In this document: positions 1 to 8,386 of the stretch, one piece after another
How the letters are laid out: every line of letters starts with the position of its first letter
Numbering within the stretch: the first letter of the stretch is position 1
Source of the DNA: a bacterium
GTDB taxonomy: Bacteria; Patescibacteriota; Minisyncoccia; Phycocordibacterales; UBA2100
Assembly (NCBI GenBank): GCA_009924895.1
Contig: RFQR01000005.1
Coordinates: 3,710-67,709 of the forward strand
DNA length: 64,000 nucleotides
Reading direction: 5' to 3'
Translations under genes and position numbers: made by a program
The notes under the pieces: model-generated
What the model saw: only the letters and a program-made list of their open reading frames with translations
The model's database searches: none
What the model was told of the DNA's origin: nothing

Positions 1-972
1 AGCGCTGTCTCAGAAGGCGGGACGGGGGCTCTCGTTTACTCGGTTCGGACACAGGATTTTGAAGAGTCCACAACAGTACCTGCCGGTGCCTCTACTCCCA
101 CCGAGACTCGCGCAAAAGGGACCATAACGCTTGTTAATGAATTTTCCGCAGCACCAGTTCGCCTCATAAAAAACACGAGATTTGAAGCAAATGGACTCGT
201 ATTCCGAATTCCAGAGTCAGTAATGGTTCCTGGCAAAAATGCTTCAGGCCCGGGTACGCTCTCGACAACCGTAGTTGCTGACAAACCAGGTGAATTGTAT
301 AACATCGCACCGACTGCGCGCTTTACGCTGCCGGGACTCAAGTCGAATGCCGATATGTATGCAAACGTATACGCACGTTCCTCGAGCGCCTTCACGGGCG
401 GCTTCGTCGGTAACAAGCCAAGTGTTGATCCAAAGGCGCTTGAAGCAGCTCGGGCGGACATCAGAACTCGGTTACAAGAAAAGATAAAAGGTACCGGGCA
501 ACCTTCTGACGCTTCGCTCTTAGTATTGCCAGGAGTTGTCACATTTGAGTCTGTGCCTGAAGTGGCCGAAGGTACTTCAGCAAAAGTCACAGAAAAAGCA
601 CGTGTTTCGTATATTACCTTCAAGCGTGAAGAGTTTGCACAGGCGCTTGGCGCCGTCCTTGCGGTTGATGTTGCGGGGAGTGTTGTAGCGTTTGAGCCCG
701 GCAAGGATTTTACGGTTGCAGCTGATGGGGTGTTGCAGGTGGGAAGCCCGATTACTCTTGTCTTAGGAGGCAGTGGTCTCATGCGGTGGAAAGTCGATAC
801 TAATGTGCTCTCAAATGCACTCGCCGGCAAAGCAATTGCATTGTTCCAGGAGATACTGAAAACGCAGAAAAGCGTGCAGGAGGCGCATTTCCGCGCTCCG
901 CTGTGGAGTTCAACGTTTACGACCGACCCTTCTCGCATCCGTATTGACATTCAAGATGTCCTGACAGAATAG
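1..972 (+). CDS. Baseplate J-like domain protein (5' partial), Parcubacteria type
   Basis: Frame is open from position 1 (SAVSEGG...AKGTITLVN...LIKNTRF...FRIPESVMVPG...VVADKPGELYNI...FTGG). The motif pattern resembles baseplate-J-like domains of CPR membrane-anchored proteins. Confidence 0.6.
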   Translation, partial: SAVSEGGTGALVYSVRTQDFEESTTVPAGASTPTETRAKGTITLVNEFSAAPVRLIKNTRFEANGLVFRIPESVMVPGKNASGPGTLSTTVVADKPGELYNIAPTARFTLPGLKSNADMYANVYARSSSAFTGGFVGNKPSVDPKALEAARADIRTRLQEKIKGTGQPSDASLLVLPGVVTFESVPEVAEGTSAKVTEKARVSYITFKREEFAQALGAVLAVDVAGSVVAFEPGKDFTVAADGVLQVGSPITLVLGGSGLMRWKVDTNVLSNALAGKAIALFQEILKTQKSVQEAHFRAPLWSSTFTTDPSRIRIDIQDVLTE

Positions 973-1051
973 TCAGCGCTTGCGAGCTGTTTGAAACATG
1001 GCACAATAGCGAGCGCCGCGATCCTTTTTAGTTGCCTTTCGGACACAATGT

Positions 1052-1305
1052 CGGGCTGTAGTATAGTGGTAGTACGCAAGCATGGGGGTTTTTCGTAAAC
1101 ACAATCGCAAATTTCTTTGCGGTTGTGTCGAAAAACGGGCGTGACGATGTTTTACAAACACGGAGCGCCCAGGCTTTCTGCATCCTGTCGGACCGTAGTA
1201 TAGTGGTAGTACGCAAGCATGGGGTGCTTGTAGTTCGAGTTCGATTCTCGACGGTCCGACAGGATGCAGAAAGTTGTAGTCCGGATTCGATTTGCGGCAG
1301 CCCGA
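1052..1305 (+). pseudogene. Split outer tRNA-Pro(GGG): 5' half 1052-1087, 3' half 1274-1305, interrupted by a 186-nt insert
   Basis: 5' half CGGGCTG TAGTATAGTGGTAGTACG CAAGC ATGGGG; 3' half TTG TAGT CCGGA TTCGATT TGCGG CAGCCCG A. Acceptor strands CGGGCTG/CAGCCCG pair. Nt 38-40 (TGC) are missing and the T-stem has one mismatch. Confidence 0.8.
1189..1259 (+). tRNA. tRNA-Pro(GGG), CCA not encoded
   Basis: Acceptor CGGACCG/CGGTCCG; anticodon arm CAAGC-ATGGGGT-GCTTG; T arm TCGAG-TTCGATT-CTCGA; discriminator A. Confidence 0.93.
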
Positions 1306-1403
1306 CAGTCCGCCTGAAAAGATGTGATTTATGTTCGACCTGCCCGTAGCTACTCTATACGATTATGCTTTGGGGTTGTCGACGGCCTGTCATGGCACTT
1401 GGT

Positions 1404-2270
1404 ATGCACACTGTTTTACTTTTTTATAAATACGTCACCGTAATAGAACCGCAAAAGTATGCGGATGTTTTGCGGATAAAAGCAGAAGAACTCAGACTTG
1501 CCGGGCGTATTTTGGTCGCAGAAGAAGGATTAAACGGGACAGTGGAAGGGCTTACAGAACATGCAGAAGCGTTTGCACAGTTTTTACTATCCGACAGTCG
1601 GTTTGCCGATATGCAGATTAAGCGCAGCTTAGGGAATGGAAAGGCATTTCGAACAATGAAAGTTAAAGTACGAAACGAAATCGTGGGAACACGCTTTCCA
1701 AAAGAAGTTGATCCGCGGGTGCGGACCGGGAAACATGTGCAGCCGTCGGTGGTACGTTCGTGGTTTGAAACGGGCGATGATTTTACCATTATCGATATGC
1801 GAAATAGCTATGAGTTCGCGTCAGGAAGATTTAAGGGCTCAATTGATCCTGGTATACAAAATTCTCGCGACTTGCCCGAAAAAATGGCGCAGTTACATCC
1901 GTACAAACATAAAAAAGTGCTGACAGTATGCACGGGCGGTGTACGCTGCGAAAAAATGTCTGCGTTTTTGCTCGAACAGGGATTTTCAGACGTATACCAA
2001 CTTGACGGCGGCATGCATTCCTACATGGAGCAGTATCCGGGAGAAGACTTTGAAGGAACACTCTACACCTTTGATAATCGTGTGGTCATGAATTTTGGCG
2101 GAAATCGTACCATTGTGGGGAAGTGTTCGTACTGTGGCGCTCACACAGAGCGATATGTGAACTGTAAAAGCGATGCATGCAAAGCGCATTATGTTGCGTG
2201 TGAACAGTGTGCTGCGTATGACCGCGCCCGTAACTGCGTGCAGTGTGAAGCAAAAACTGTTAGCGTATAA
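1404..2270 (+). CDS. trhO: Rhodanese-related protein / tRNA U34 hydroxylase (TrhO/YceA family)
   Basis: VLLFYKY start, GRILVAEEGLNGT, IDMRNSYE, CTGGVRCEK, LDGG, FDNR and a Cys-rich C-terminus. Start moved to ATG 1404. Confidence 0.88.
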   Translation: MHTVLLFYKYVTVIEPQKYADVLRIKAEELRLAGRILVAEEGLNGTVEGLTEHAEAFAQFLLSDSRFADMQIKRSLGNGKAFRTMKVKVRNEIVGTRFPKEVDPRVRTGKHVQPSVVRSWFETGDDFTIIDMRNSYEFASGRFKGSIDPGIQNSRDLPEKMAQLHPYKHKKVLTVCTGGVRCEKMSAFLLEQGFSDVYQLDGGMHSYMEQYPGEDFEGTLYTFDNRVVMNFGGNRTIVGKCSYCGAHTERYVNCKSDACKAHYVACEQCAAYDRARNCVQCEAKTVSV

Positions 2271-2272
2271 CT

Positions 2273-3202
2273 ATGCATAAAATACTTATCGCCGGTTCGA
2301 TTGCGTTTGACCGTATCATGGATTTTCCAGGCACGTTCAAAGAGCATATGGTTGCTGATAAGGCCCATGTTTTGAGTGTGAGTTTTGTATTGGATAGTAT
2401 GAAAGATAATAAAGGCGGCACTGCTGCGAACATTGCACACTCACTCGCGCTTCTCGGCGAGCAGCCAATACTCATGGCATCGGTAGGGAGTGATAGTACA
2501 GCGTACATCGAAGAGCTTAGGAAGCGCGGTATTGATGTGAGTGCGCTTCAGATTTGTTCTGATGTTGGAACAGCGACGGGACATATCATGACGGATACGG
2601 AGAATAATCAAATCAGTGCCTTTTACCCCGGTGCGATGTCAACCGTGTATGCGGCTCCCCTCCCCGCGGCTGATCTTTGTATTGTTGCGCCCACCAATAA
2701 GGTAGACATGCTTCGACTTGCACGCGAATCAGGTGAAAAGAACATTCCGCTCTTCTTTGACCCTGGTCAAATGACACCGGCGCTCTCGGGCGACGAGTTG
2801 AAGCAGTGCGTCGAAGGAGCGGCGGTCGTTCTCTGTAACGACTATGAGTGGGGCCTTATTCAAGAAAAAACCGGTTGGAGCGAAAAAGAGGTTTTGAAAT
2901 ATGCTACCGCGCTCGTTATTACTCTGGGTGCCCATGGCTCTCGCATTGTTACGAAACAGGCAGAAGAAACGGTCCCTGCTTTGACGGTCGCTGCAGTAGA
3001 TCCAACAGGTGCGGGGGACGCGTACCGGGCGGGGTTTGCATACGGTTTTCTGCGCTCGTGGCCGCTTGTCCGATGCGCACAGCTAGGGAGTGTCACAGCA
3101 TCGTTTGCGGTTGAGGTGTATGGGACACAAGCGCATACACCATCTCGGCTCGATATTGAAAAGCGTATGCACGCCCAATACCGTACCGGACTCGATTTTT
3201 AA
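2273..3202 (+). CDS. PfkB-family carbohydrate kinase, probable adenosine kinase
   Basis: GSIAFDRIM, GGTAANIA, FDPGQ, NDYE, DPTGAGDAYRAG; adjacent to ahcY. Confidence 0.85.
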   Translation: MHKILIAGSIAFDRIMDFPGTFKEHMVADKAHVLSVSFVLDSMKDNKGGTAANIAHSLALLGEQPILMASVGSDSTAYIEELRKRGIDVSALQICSDVGTATGHIMTDTENNQISAFYPGAMSTVYAAPLPAADLCIVAPTNKVDMLRLARESGEKNIPLFFDPGQMTPALSGDELKQCVEGAAVVLCNDYEWGLIQEKTGWSEKEVLKYATALVITLGAHGSRIVTKQAEETVPALTVAAVDPTGAGDAYRAGFAYGFLRSWPLVRCAQLGSVTASFAVEVYGTQAHTPSRLDIEKRMHAQYRTGLDF

Positions 3203-3257
3203 GAGTCTTTTTCCTCTCGTGGGATATTCCCCGTTTTTCTGATATACTCGCTTAGCT

Positions 3258-4514
3258 ATGAAATACGATATACAAGACGCTTCATTACGAGAACAAGGAG
3301 TAAAACGCATTCAGTGGGCAGAGAGCGATATGCCCGTGTTGCAGCAAGTTCGTACTCAATTTAAAAAGCAGAAACCCCTCAAGGGAAAAAAGATTGCTGC
3401 ATGTCTCCATGTCACTGCAGAGACGGCAAATCTGGTGCGAACCCTCAAAGAGGGGGGCGCCGAGGTAGCGCTATGTGCCTCGAACCCGCTTTCGACCCAA
3501 GATCCTGTTGCAGCAGCGCTTGCACTTGAATACGGTATTCCGACCTTTGCAAAAAAAGGCGAGGATCGCGCCACGTTCTTCAAACACCTGCATGCAGTTA
3601 TCGAGAAAGGCGTGCATCTCACTATGGATGATGGCGCTGATCTTGTTTCGACTATTCATACAGAACGCACTGATTTAATCCCACAGATGCTCGGTGGCAC
3701 CGAAGAAACTACAACCGGGGTCATTCGTCTGCATGCGATGGCAAAAGATGGTGCGCTCAAGTTTCCGGTAGTCGCCGTTAACGACGCAAAGACGAAAAAC
3801 ATGTTTGATAACCGCTACGGCACCGGCCAGTCAACGCTCGACAGTATTGTGCGCGCGACCGATGTTTTGCTTGCGGGTAGAACCTTTGTCGTTGCGGGCT
3901 ACGGCTGGTGTGGCAAAGGGCTCGCGAGTCGTGCTCGTGGCATGGGGGCAAATGTCGTCGTGACTGAAATCGATACTATCAAGGCGCTCGAAGCAGTGAT
4001 GGATGGTTTCCGCGTGATGCCTATGGAGGAGGCAGCAAGAATCGGCGATATTTTCTGCACGGTAACTGGCAATACGAGCGTATTAGATAAACGACATTTT
4101 TCTCTCATGAAAGATGGTGTGATTATCTGTAACGCAGGTCACTTTGATGTTGAAATCAACATTCCACAGCTTGCCTCTATGACGAAGACAGTCAGAAAAA
4201 ATATCCGTCCTTTTGTCGATGAGTACACTGTAAAAGGGAAGCATATTTTCCTCCTTGCCGATGGCAGGTTGGTTAACCTCGCGGCAGCGGAAGGTCACCC
4301 GGCATCAGTCATGGACATGAGTTTTGCAACGCAGGCACTTGCATGTGAGTGGATGGCAACACAAAAAATAAAACTTGCTCCGGGTGTCTATGAAGTCTCG
4401 GAGGATATCGAACGCATGGTTGCGCGCACCAAACTTGCTTCGATGAATATCGCGATTGACGAGCTTACGAAAGAACAAAAGAAATACCTCGATAGTTGGA
4501 ACGAGGGGACATAA
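3258..4514 (+). CDS. ahcY: Adenosylhomocysteinase (SAH hydrolase)
   Basis: ACLHVT, SNPLSTQD, EETTTG, KNMFDNRYGTGQS, GYGWCGKG, GRLVNL, GHP. Confidence 0.97.
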   Translation: MKYDIQDASLREQGVKRIQWAESDMPVLQQVRTQFKKQKPLKGKKIAACLHVTAETANLVRTLKEGGAEVALCASNPLSTQDPVAAALALEYGIPTFAKKGEDRATFFKHLHAVIEKGVHLTMDDGADLVSTIHTERTDLIPQMLGGTEETTTGVIRLHAMAKDGALKFPVVAVNDAKTKNMFDNRYGTGQSTLDSIVRATDVLLAGRTFVVAGYGWCGKGLASRARGMGANVVVTEIDTIKALEAVMDGFRVMPMEEAARIGDIFCTVTGNTSVLDKRHFSLMKDGVIICNAGHFDVEINIPQLASMTKTVRKNIRPFVDEYTVKGKHIFLLADGRLVNLAAAEGHPASVMDMSFATQALACEWMATQKIKLAPGVYEVSEDIERMVARTKLASMNIAIDELTKEQKKYLDSWNEGT

Positions 4515-4557
4515 ATTGCTGGTACCTAAAAGAGTAGTGTATAGTTTTCTTGTTTGA

Positions 4558-4631
4558 GGGCCTATAGTTCATCGGTAGAACGCGTCCATGGCATGGACGA
4601 GGGCGGGGTCCGATTCCCCGTAGGTCCACCA
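4558..4631 (+). tRNA. tRNA-Ala(GGC)
   Basis: GGGCCTA/TAGGTCC acceptor with G3:U70; anticodon arm CGTCC-ATGGCAT-GGACG; encoded CCA. Confidence 0.95.
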
Positions 4632-4676
4632 ACGCGAAATGACAGTGCCTGCGCACTGTCATTTCGCGTTGGTGGA
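4625..4676. repeat. Perfect 24-bp inverted repeat overlapping the tRNA-Ala 3' end
   Basis: TCCACCAACGCGAAATGACAGTGC-ctgc-GCACTGTCATTTCGCGTTGGTGGA. Confidence 0.9.
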
Positions 4677-4810
4677 AGCTAGAGCGATGTGAGGCTAGCG
4701 ACCAGTTTTTCTTGCCGGTACCCCGGCTTAGAAAAATGGAAGTACTCTTGTGGTGCAAGCCGAACCGCGAGGCGGAGTCTCGCTTTCGTTGTACTGCCGC
4801 GACCTCCGCA
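4677..4810 (+). repeat. Structured dispersed repeat (MITE-like), related to 48958-49050
   Basis: Shares GAGCGATGT and GCAAGCnnAACCGCGAGGC with the minus strand of 48958-49050; internal hairpins. Confidence 0.55.
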
Positions 4811-4835
4811 TTTCAAGTCATGTATAATAGCTCTC

Positions 4836-6224
4836 ATGGTGCATAAACATAATTCTGCATGGCTTGCGCAGGTGACCGATCGGCATGCACATGCTGGTGT
4901 TGAAACCGATGCGCAGCGTGAAGTCGTGATAGTGGGTGGTGGCATTTCTGGTGTTATGACGGCATACTATCTTTTGAAGTATACGCAGGTGCATGTGACC
5001 TTACTCGAAGGTGACAGGGTTGCCCACGGTGCAACAGGGCATAATGCGGGACAGCTTGCTGCAGAGTTTGAAAAGACATTTCTTGAGCTTGTGCAACAGT
5101 TCGGACTTGAGATGGCAGTGAGGGCAGAGCAGGATATCGAGCGAGCATGGACACTCCTTGAGACACTCTATGAGGAAGAATCCCTACAGACGCCGCTCTC
5201 TACCTTTCCAGGATATGCCGGGTATGAGTCGCCCGATGATACTGAACGAATACTTAGAAACCAGCATGCGCGCGCTGAGGCTGGTCTTTCACCGCGACGT
5301 GTGTATCTGCTCCATACTCTTGCTGACGAGGCTCGCTACGCCCCCTATCGTCGTTATTTTGAATCTATTACCGCAGAGGAAATTGGGAATTTACTTGAAA
5401 CAAACGCAACACACTATCGGGCAGTTTTGGCGCGAAAGCGAGGGTGTCTTAATTCTGCACTTTTATGCGAGGAGTTACTCCAGGTGCTTCACAAACACTA
5501 CGCCACGAGATTTGTCCTACACGAGCACAGCCATGTTTCTTCGGTACGTATATTTGCTCATCATGCGCGACTGTTTGTTATGAATACGGCGGCAAAACGA
5601 CATCATGTGCTTGACGCAGCCCGTGTGGTGCTCTGTACAAACGGCTTTGAAAATATCTCATTACTCACTGAGCGGGGCTCTGCGTTAGAAACTCGATTTC
5701 ATGACATGGTGCGGGGACTTGTGGGATCAATGGTGGGATATCTCGAGCCTGTGGGGAAAAACCCTACCGCGCTTTCATTTCACGATCAGTCGGGTACTCT
5801 CACGACGAAAGAATCTGGTTTTGATGAACGAGCCTATTTTTATTTTACGCGCCGTCCCTTTGAAATCGACGGGAGTAAGCATGCCCTCGTGTGCGTAGGT
5901 GGTCCTGAAAAAGTGATGAGCGATGCGAGGAGCTATCGTCCTAATGAACCATTCAATCCCGAACATCGCCGTGTTCTTGATACCTTTATGCGCACAACGT
6001 ACCGTAATCACGCTGATTTGCATTTTCGGTTTGCGTGGCATGGGCTTATGGGATATACCCCATCGGGTATGCGTATTATCGGTCCAGACAAAAAACATCA
6101 GGTGCTGTGGTACAACCTCGGCTGTAATGGTATTGGCCTTATGACCGCAATTTTCGGGGGATACAAAATAGCACAGTGTATGAAAGGGGAGACGTTTCTT
6201 TCTTCGGCGTTTGATCCACAATAA
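4836..6224 (+). CDS. FAD-dependent oxidoreductase (DAO/PuuB-like family)
   Basis: VIVGGGISG Rossmann motif, GATGHNAG, LCTNG, WHGLMGYT, GCNGIG. ATG 4836 lies 7 nt after TATAAT. Confidence 0.85.
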   Translation: MVHKHNSAWLAQVTDRHAHAGVETDAQREVVIVGGGISGVMTAYYLLKYTQVHVTLLEGDRVAHGATGHNAGQLAAEFEKTFLELVQQFGLEMAVRAEQDIERAWTLLETLYEEESLQTPLSTFPGYAGYESPDDTERILRNQHARAEAGLSPRRVYLLHTLADEARYAPYRRYFESITAEEIGNLLETNATHYRAVLARKRGCLNSALLCEELLQVLHKHYATRFVLHEHSHVSSVRIFAHHARLFVMNTAAKRHHVLDAARVVLCTNGFENISLLTERGSALETRFHDMVRGLVGSMVGYLEPVGKNPTALSFHDQSGTLTTKESGFDERAYFYFTRRPFEIDGSKHALVCVGGPEKVMSDARSYRPNEPFNPEHRRVLDTFMRTTYRNHADLHFRFAWHGLMGYTPSGMRIIGPDKKHQVLWYNLGCNGIGLMTAIFGGYKIAQCMKGETFLSSAFDPQ

Positions 6225-6239
6225 TAGAATAGAAAAAGA

Positions 6240-6269
6240 AGGCCCCGCACTTCGGAAAGTACGGGGCCT
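6240..6269. terminator. Bidirectional hairpin terminator
   Basis: AGGCCCCGCACT-tcggaa-AGTACGGGGCCT between convergent ORFs, with an A-rich 5' flank. Confidence 0.6.
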
Positions 6270-6283
6270 CTGAGGCACAAGCC

Positions 6284-6400
6284 TCATTTCTTGGCAGGAG
6301 CCGAGTAGCAGCCAGTCACGGACGCCGGCAACCACCTGTTTGCAACATGGCCGATCGCGATGCCAGCGACGAGCGTCGCCAGTGCCAAGTACCTGAACAT
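6284..6400 (-). CDS. Small hydrophobic orphan protein (38 aa), absent from the ORF track
   Basis: MFRYLALATLVAGIAIGHVANRWLPASVTGCYSAPAKK; GGAG upstream, sigma70-like promoter near 6445-6472, terminator downstream. Confidence 0.5.
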   Translation of the reverse strand: MFRYLALATLVAGIAIGHVANRWLPASVTGCYSAPAKK

Positions 6401-6482
6401 GATCGTTATCTCCGGTAAAACCAGCATTAGTGCTGGGATTTAATTTATATCACGAAAACTGAAAAAAGCAAACAATACATAT

Positions 6483-6491
6483 TTATCCACA
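6483..6491 (+). promoter_or_regulatory. Consensus DnaA box
   Basis: TTATCCACA upstream of mraZ; single copy. Confidence 0.45.
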
Positions 6492-6514
6492 AAAAAGAGC
6501 CCGCCGTGCAATAC

Positions 6515-6560
6515 AGTGGTAAAAAGTGGTATAAACTTTATACAAGTGGGAAAAAGTGGC
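6515..6560 (+). promoter_or_regulatory. MraZ-binding direct repeats
   Basis: GTGG at 6516, 6526, 6546 and 6556 (10-bp phase) upstream of mraZ. Confidence 0.8.
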
Positions 6561-6617
6561 ATTTCGCAGGAGCGCACACCTGTGAAATGCCACTCCAGCC
6601 ACTAACCACTTCTGTCT

Positions 6618-7052
6618 ATGCTTATTGGCGAATACGAACACACGCTCGATGAAAAAAAGCGCGTGTCGCTGCCGAAAAGCTTTGTGCAGAAATTGGGGAA
6701 GCGAATGGTGTTGACCCGCGGGTTAGACAGTTGTCTATTTTTGTTTTCGATGGAAGGGTGGGAGAAAATCGCGGAGAAGCTTCAGTCGCTTTCGTTTGCA
6801 CAATCCGACACTCGCGGCTTTAACCGATTTCTGCTTTCAGGAGCAGTTGAAGTGGAGGTCGATGGGACAGGACGTATCTTGATACCTGATCACCATAAGC
6901 AATTTGCCGCTCTTAAAAAGACGGTTGTCTTTGCAGGAGTTTCGGATCGGGTCGAAATCTGGGACGCAGCGCAGTGGAAGCAGTACAAAGCCCGGATTGA
7001 GAAGCAGGCCGAGCAAATGGCGGAGAAGCTTGGGGAGATTGGGGCTCTCTGA
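6618..7052 (+). CDS. mraZ: Transcriptional regulator MraZ
   Basis: GEYEHTLDEKKR...DGTGRILIP...RVEIW. Confidence 0.96.
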   Translation: MLIGEYEHTLDEKKRVSLPKSFVQKLGKRMVLTRGLDSCLFLFSMEGWEKIAEKLQSLSFAQSDTRGFNRFLLSGAVEVEVDGTGRILIPDHHKQFAALKKTVVFAGVSDRVEIWDAAQWKQYKARIEKQAEQMAEKLGEIGAL

Positions 7053-7088
7053 TGGAATTGGATTGTTGGAGGACACATATTTTTTGTC

Positions 7089-8039
7089 ATGCGCACGCGA
7101 CAATTCTCCTCCAACAATCCGATGCCAGCAGGGCATCACCCTAAGACACCCATGGTGTTCGGGCATACAACCGTTCTTTTACATGAAGCTATAGAATTTC
7201 TTGCACTGAAAGACGACGATGTGGTGGTTGATGCCACACTCGGCGGAGCAGGGCATAGTGCCCTGATTGCACAAAAACTTTCAAAATCAGGAATGCTTAT
7301 TGGGATTGATGCTGATAGGGAAGCGATAGCGCGGGGGGAACATATGCTTGCATCTGTTGCGCCGCGCGTTGTATTACTTGAAGGCAATTTTCGCAACATG
7401 CGGCAGCTCCTTGCACAAAACGGTATCACTCAGATAACAAAAATACTTTTTGACCTCGGATGGAGTGGGTTCCAGCTTACCGCAAACCGAGGATTCTCGT
7501 TTCTTGCCGATGAGCCGCTTGCAATGACGTATGCCGCTGAGAGTACCGGACTAACCGCAGAGAAAATCGTCAATACCTGGGAAGAATCATCACTTGCCGA
7601 TGTAATTTGGGGCTGGGGAGAAGAGCGGTATGCAAAACGAATCGCACAAGCGATTGTCGAACGCCGAGAAAAGCAGCCGTTTTTGAAGTCACGCGACCTC
7701 GCAGAAGTCGTCAAAAATAGCGTACCTGCTTCGTATCGTTTTGGTAGACTTCATCCGGCAACAAAAACTTTCCAGGCGCTGCGTATTGCAGTCAACGATG
7801 AGTTGGGTGCACTTGAAACGGGCCTCAGTGATGCGTGGGGGATGCTTCCCGTTGGAGGCAGGATTGCGGTCATAACATTCCACTCGATTGAGGACCGCCT
7901 CGTGAAGCAATGGATGAAAGCCCGCAAAGACGGTAGGCTCATAGAGAAAAAAGTAGTTACTCCTTCAGAACAAGAAATTCTAGAGAACCCGCGCTCTCGC
8001 AGCGCAAAGCTTCGTGGTATTGAAAAAATTTCAGTATGA
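7089..8039 (+). CDS. rsmH: 16S rRNA m4C1402 methyltransferase (start possibly 7152)
   Basis: HTTVLL, DATLGGAGH, HPATKTFQALRIAVN, FHSIEDR, NPRSRSAKLR. Confidence 0.96.
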   Translation: MRTRQFSSNNPMPAGHHPKTPMVFGHTTVLLHEAIEFLALKDDDVVVDATLGGAGHSALIAQKLSKSGMLIGIDADREAIARGEHMLASVAPRVVLLEGNFRNMRQLLAQNGITQITKILFDLGWSGFQLTANRGFSFLADEPLAMTYAAESTGLTAEKIVNTWEESSLADVIWGWGEERYAKRIAQAIVERREKQPFLKSRDLAEVVKNSVPASYRFGRLHPATKTFQALRIAVNDELGALETGLSDAWGMLPVGGRIAVITFHSIEDRLVKQWMKARKDGRLIEKKVVTPSEQEILENPRSRSAKLRGIEKISV

Positions 8040-8377
8040 AAAACATCTGTTACAACCCAACTTGGATCGCAACAACGGAACACCCGTACGAGCATTATAC
8101 GCGCTCGATTCTTTTTGCCGTGCTTATGCTGGGGGCATTAGTCTACCTGTATTTCATCAGCGCATCTGTTGTTAATCTTATGGCGCGTCGCGAGGCGCAC
8201 GTTCTCTCACTGCAGACCAGTTCTCAAGTGAGTGAACTTGAAGCACGGTATCTTGCACTCACAAACTCGCTTTCACAAGAAGAAGGTGAGGCGCTTGGAC
8301 TTCGTGCGCTTGAACCCGTTGCCTATGTTCGTGCCTCAGCGCCGACTGCGTTTGCACAAGCGCCGACCGCGTTTTAG
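8036..8377 (+). CDS. FtsL-like single-TM coiled-coil protein
   Basis: Lies between rsmH and the PBP gene; TM helix followed by a coiled coil. Confidence 0.6.
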   Translation: MKNICYNPTWIATTEHPYEHYTRSILFAVLMLGALVYLYFISASVVNLMARREAHVLSLQTSSQVSELEARYLALTNSLSQEEGEALGLRALEPVAYVRASAPTAFAQAPTAF

Positions 8378-8386
8378 TCTTGTGCC

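Noticed and set aside
1088-1273. Group I intron in tRNA-Pro
   Set aside because: Excluding the nested tRNA only ~115 nt remain, no P7 core is recognisable, and splicing would not restore nt 38-40.
6240-6269. Minimal copy of the r-protein repeat (CCCCGCACT/AGTACGGGG)
   Set aside because: Only 9 bp of similarity and adequately explained as a terminator.
6483-6491. Replication origin
   Set aside because: Only one DnaA box, no box cluster, and no dnaA/dnaN nearby.
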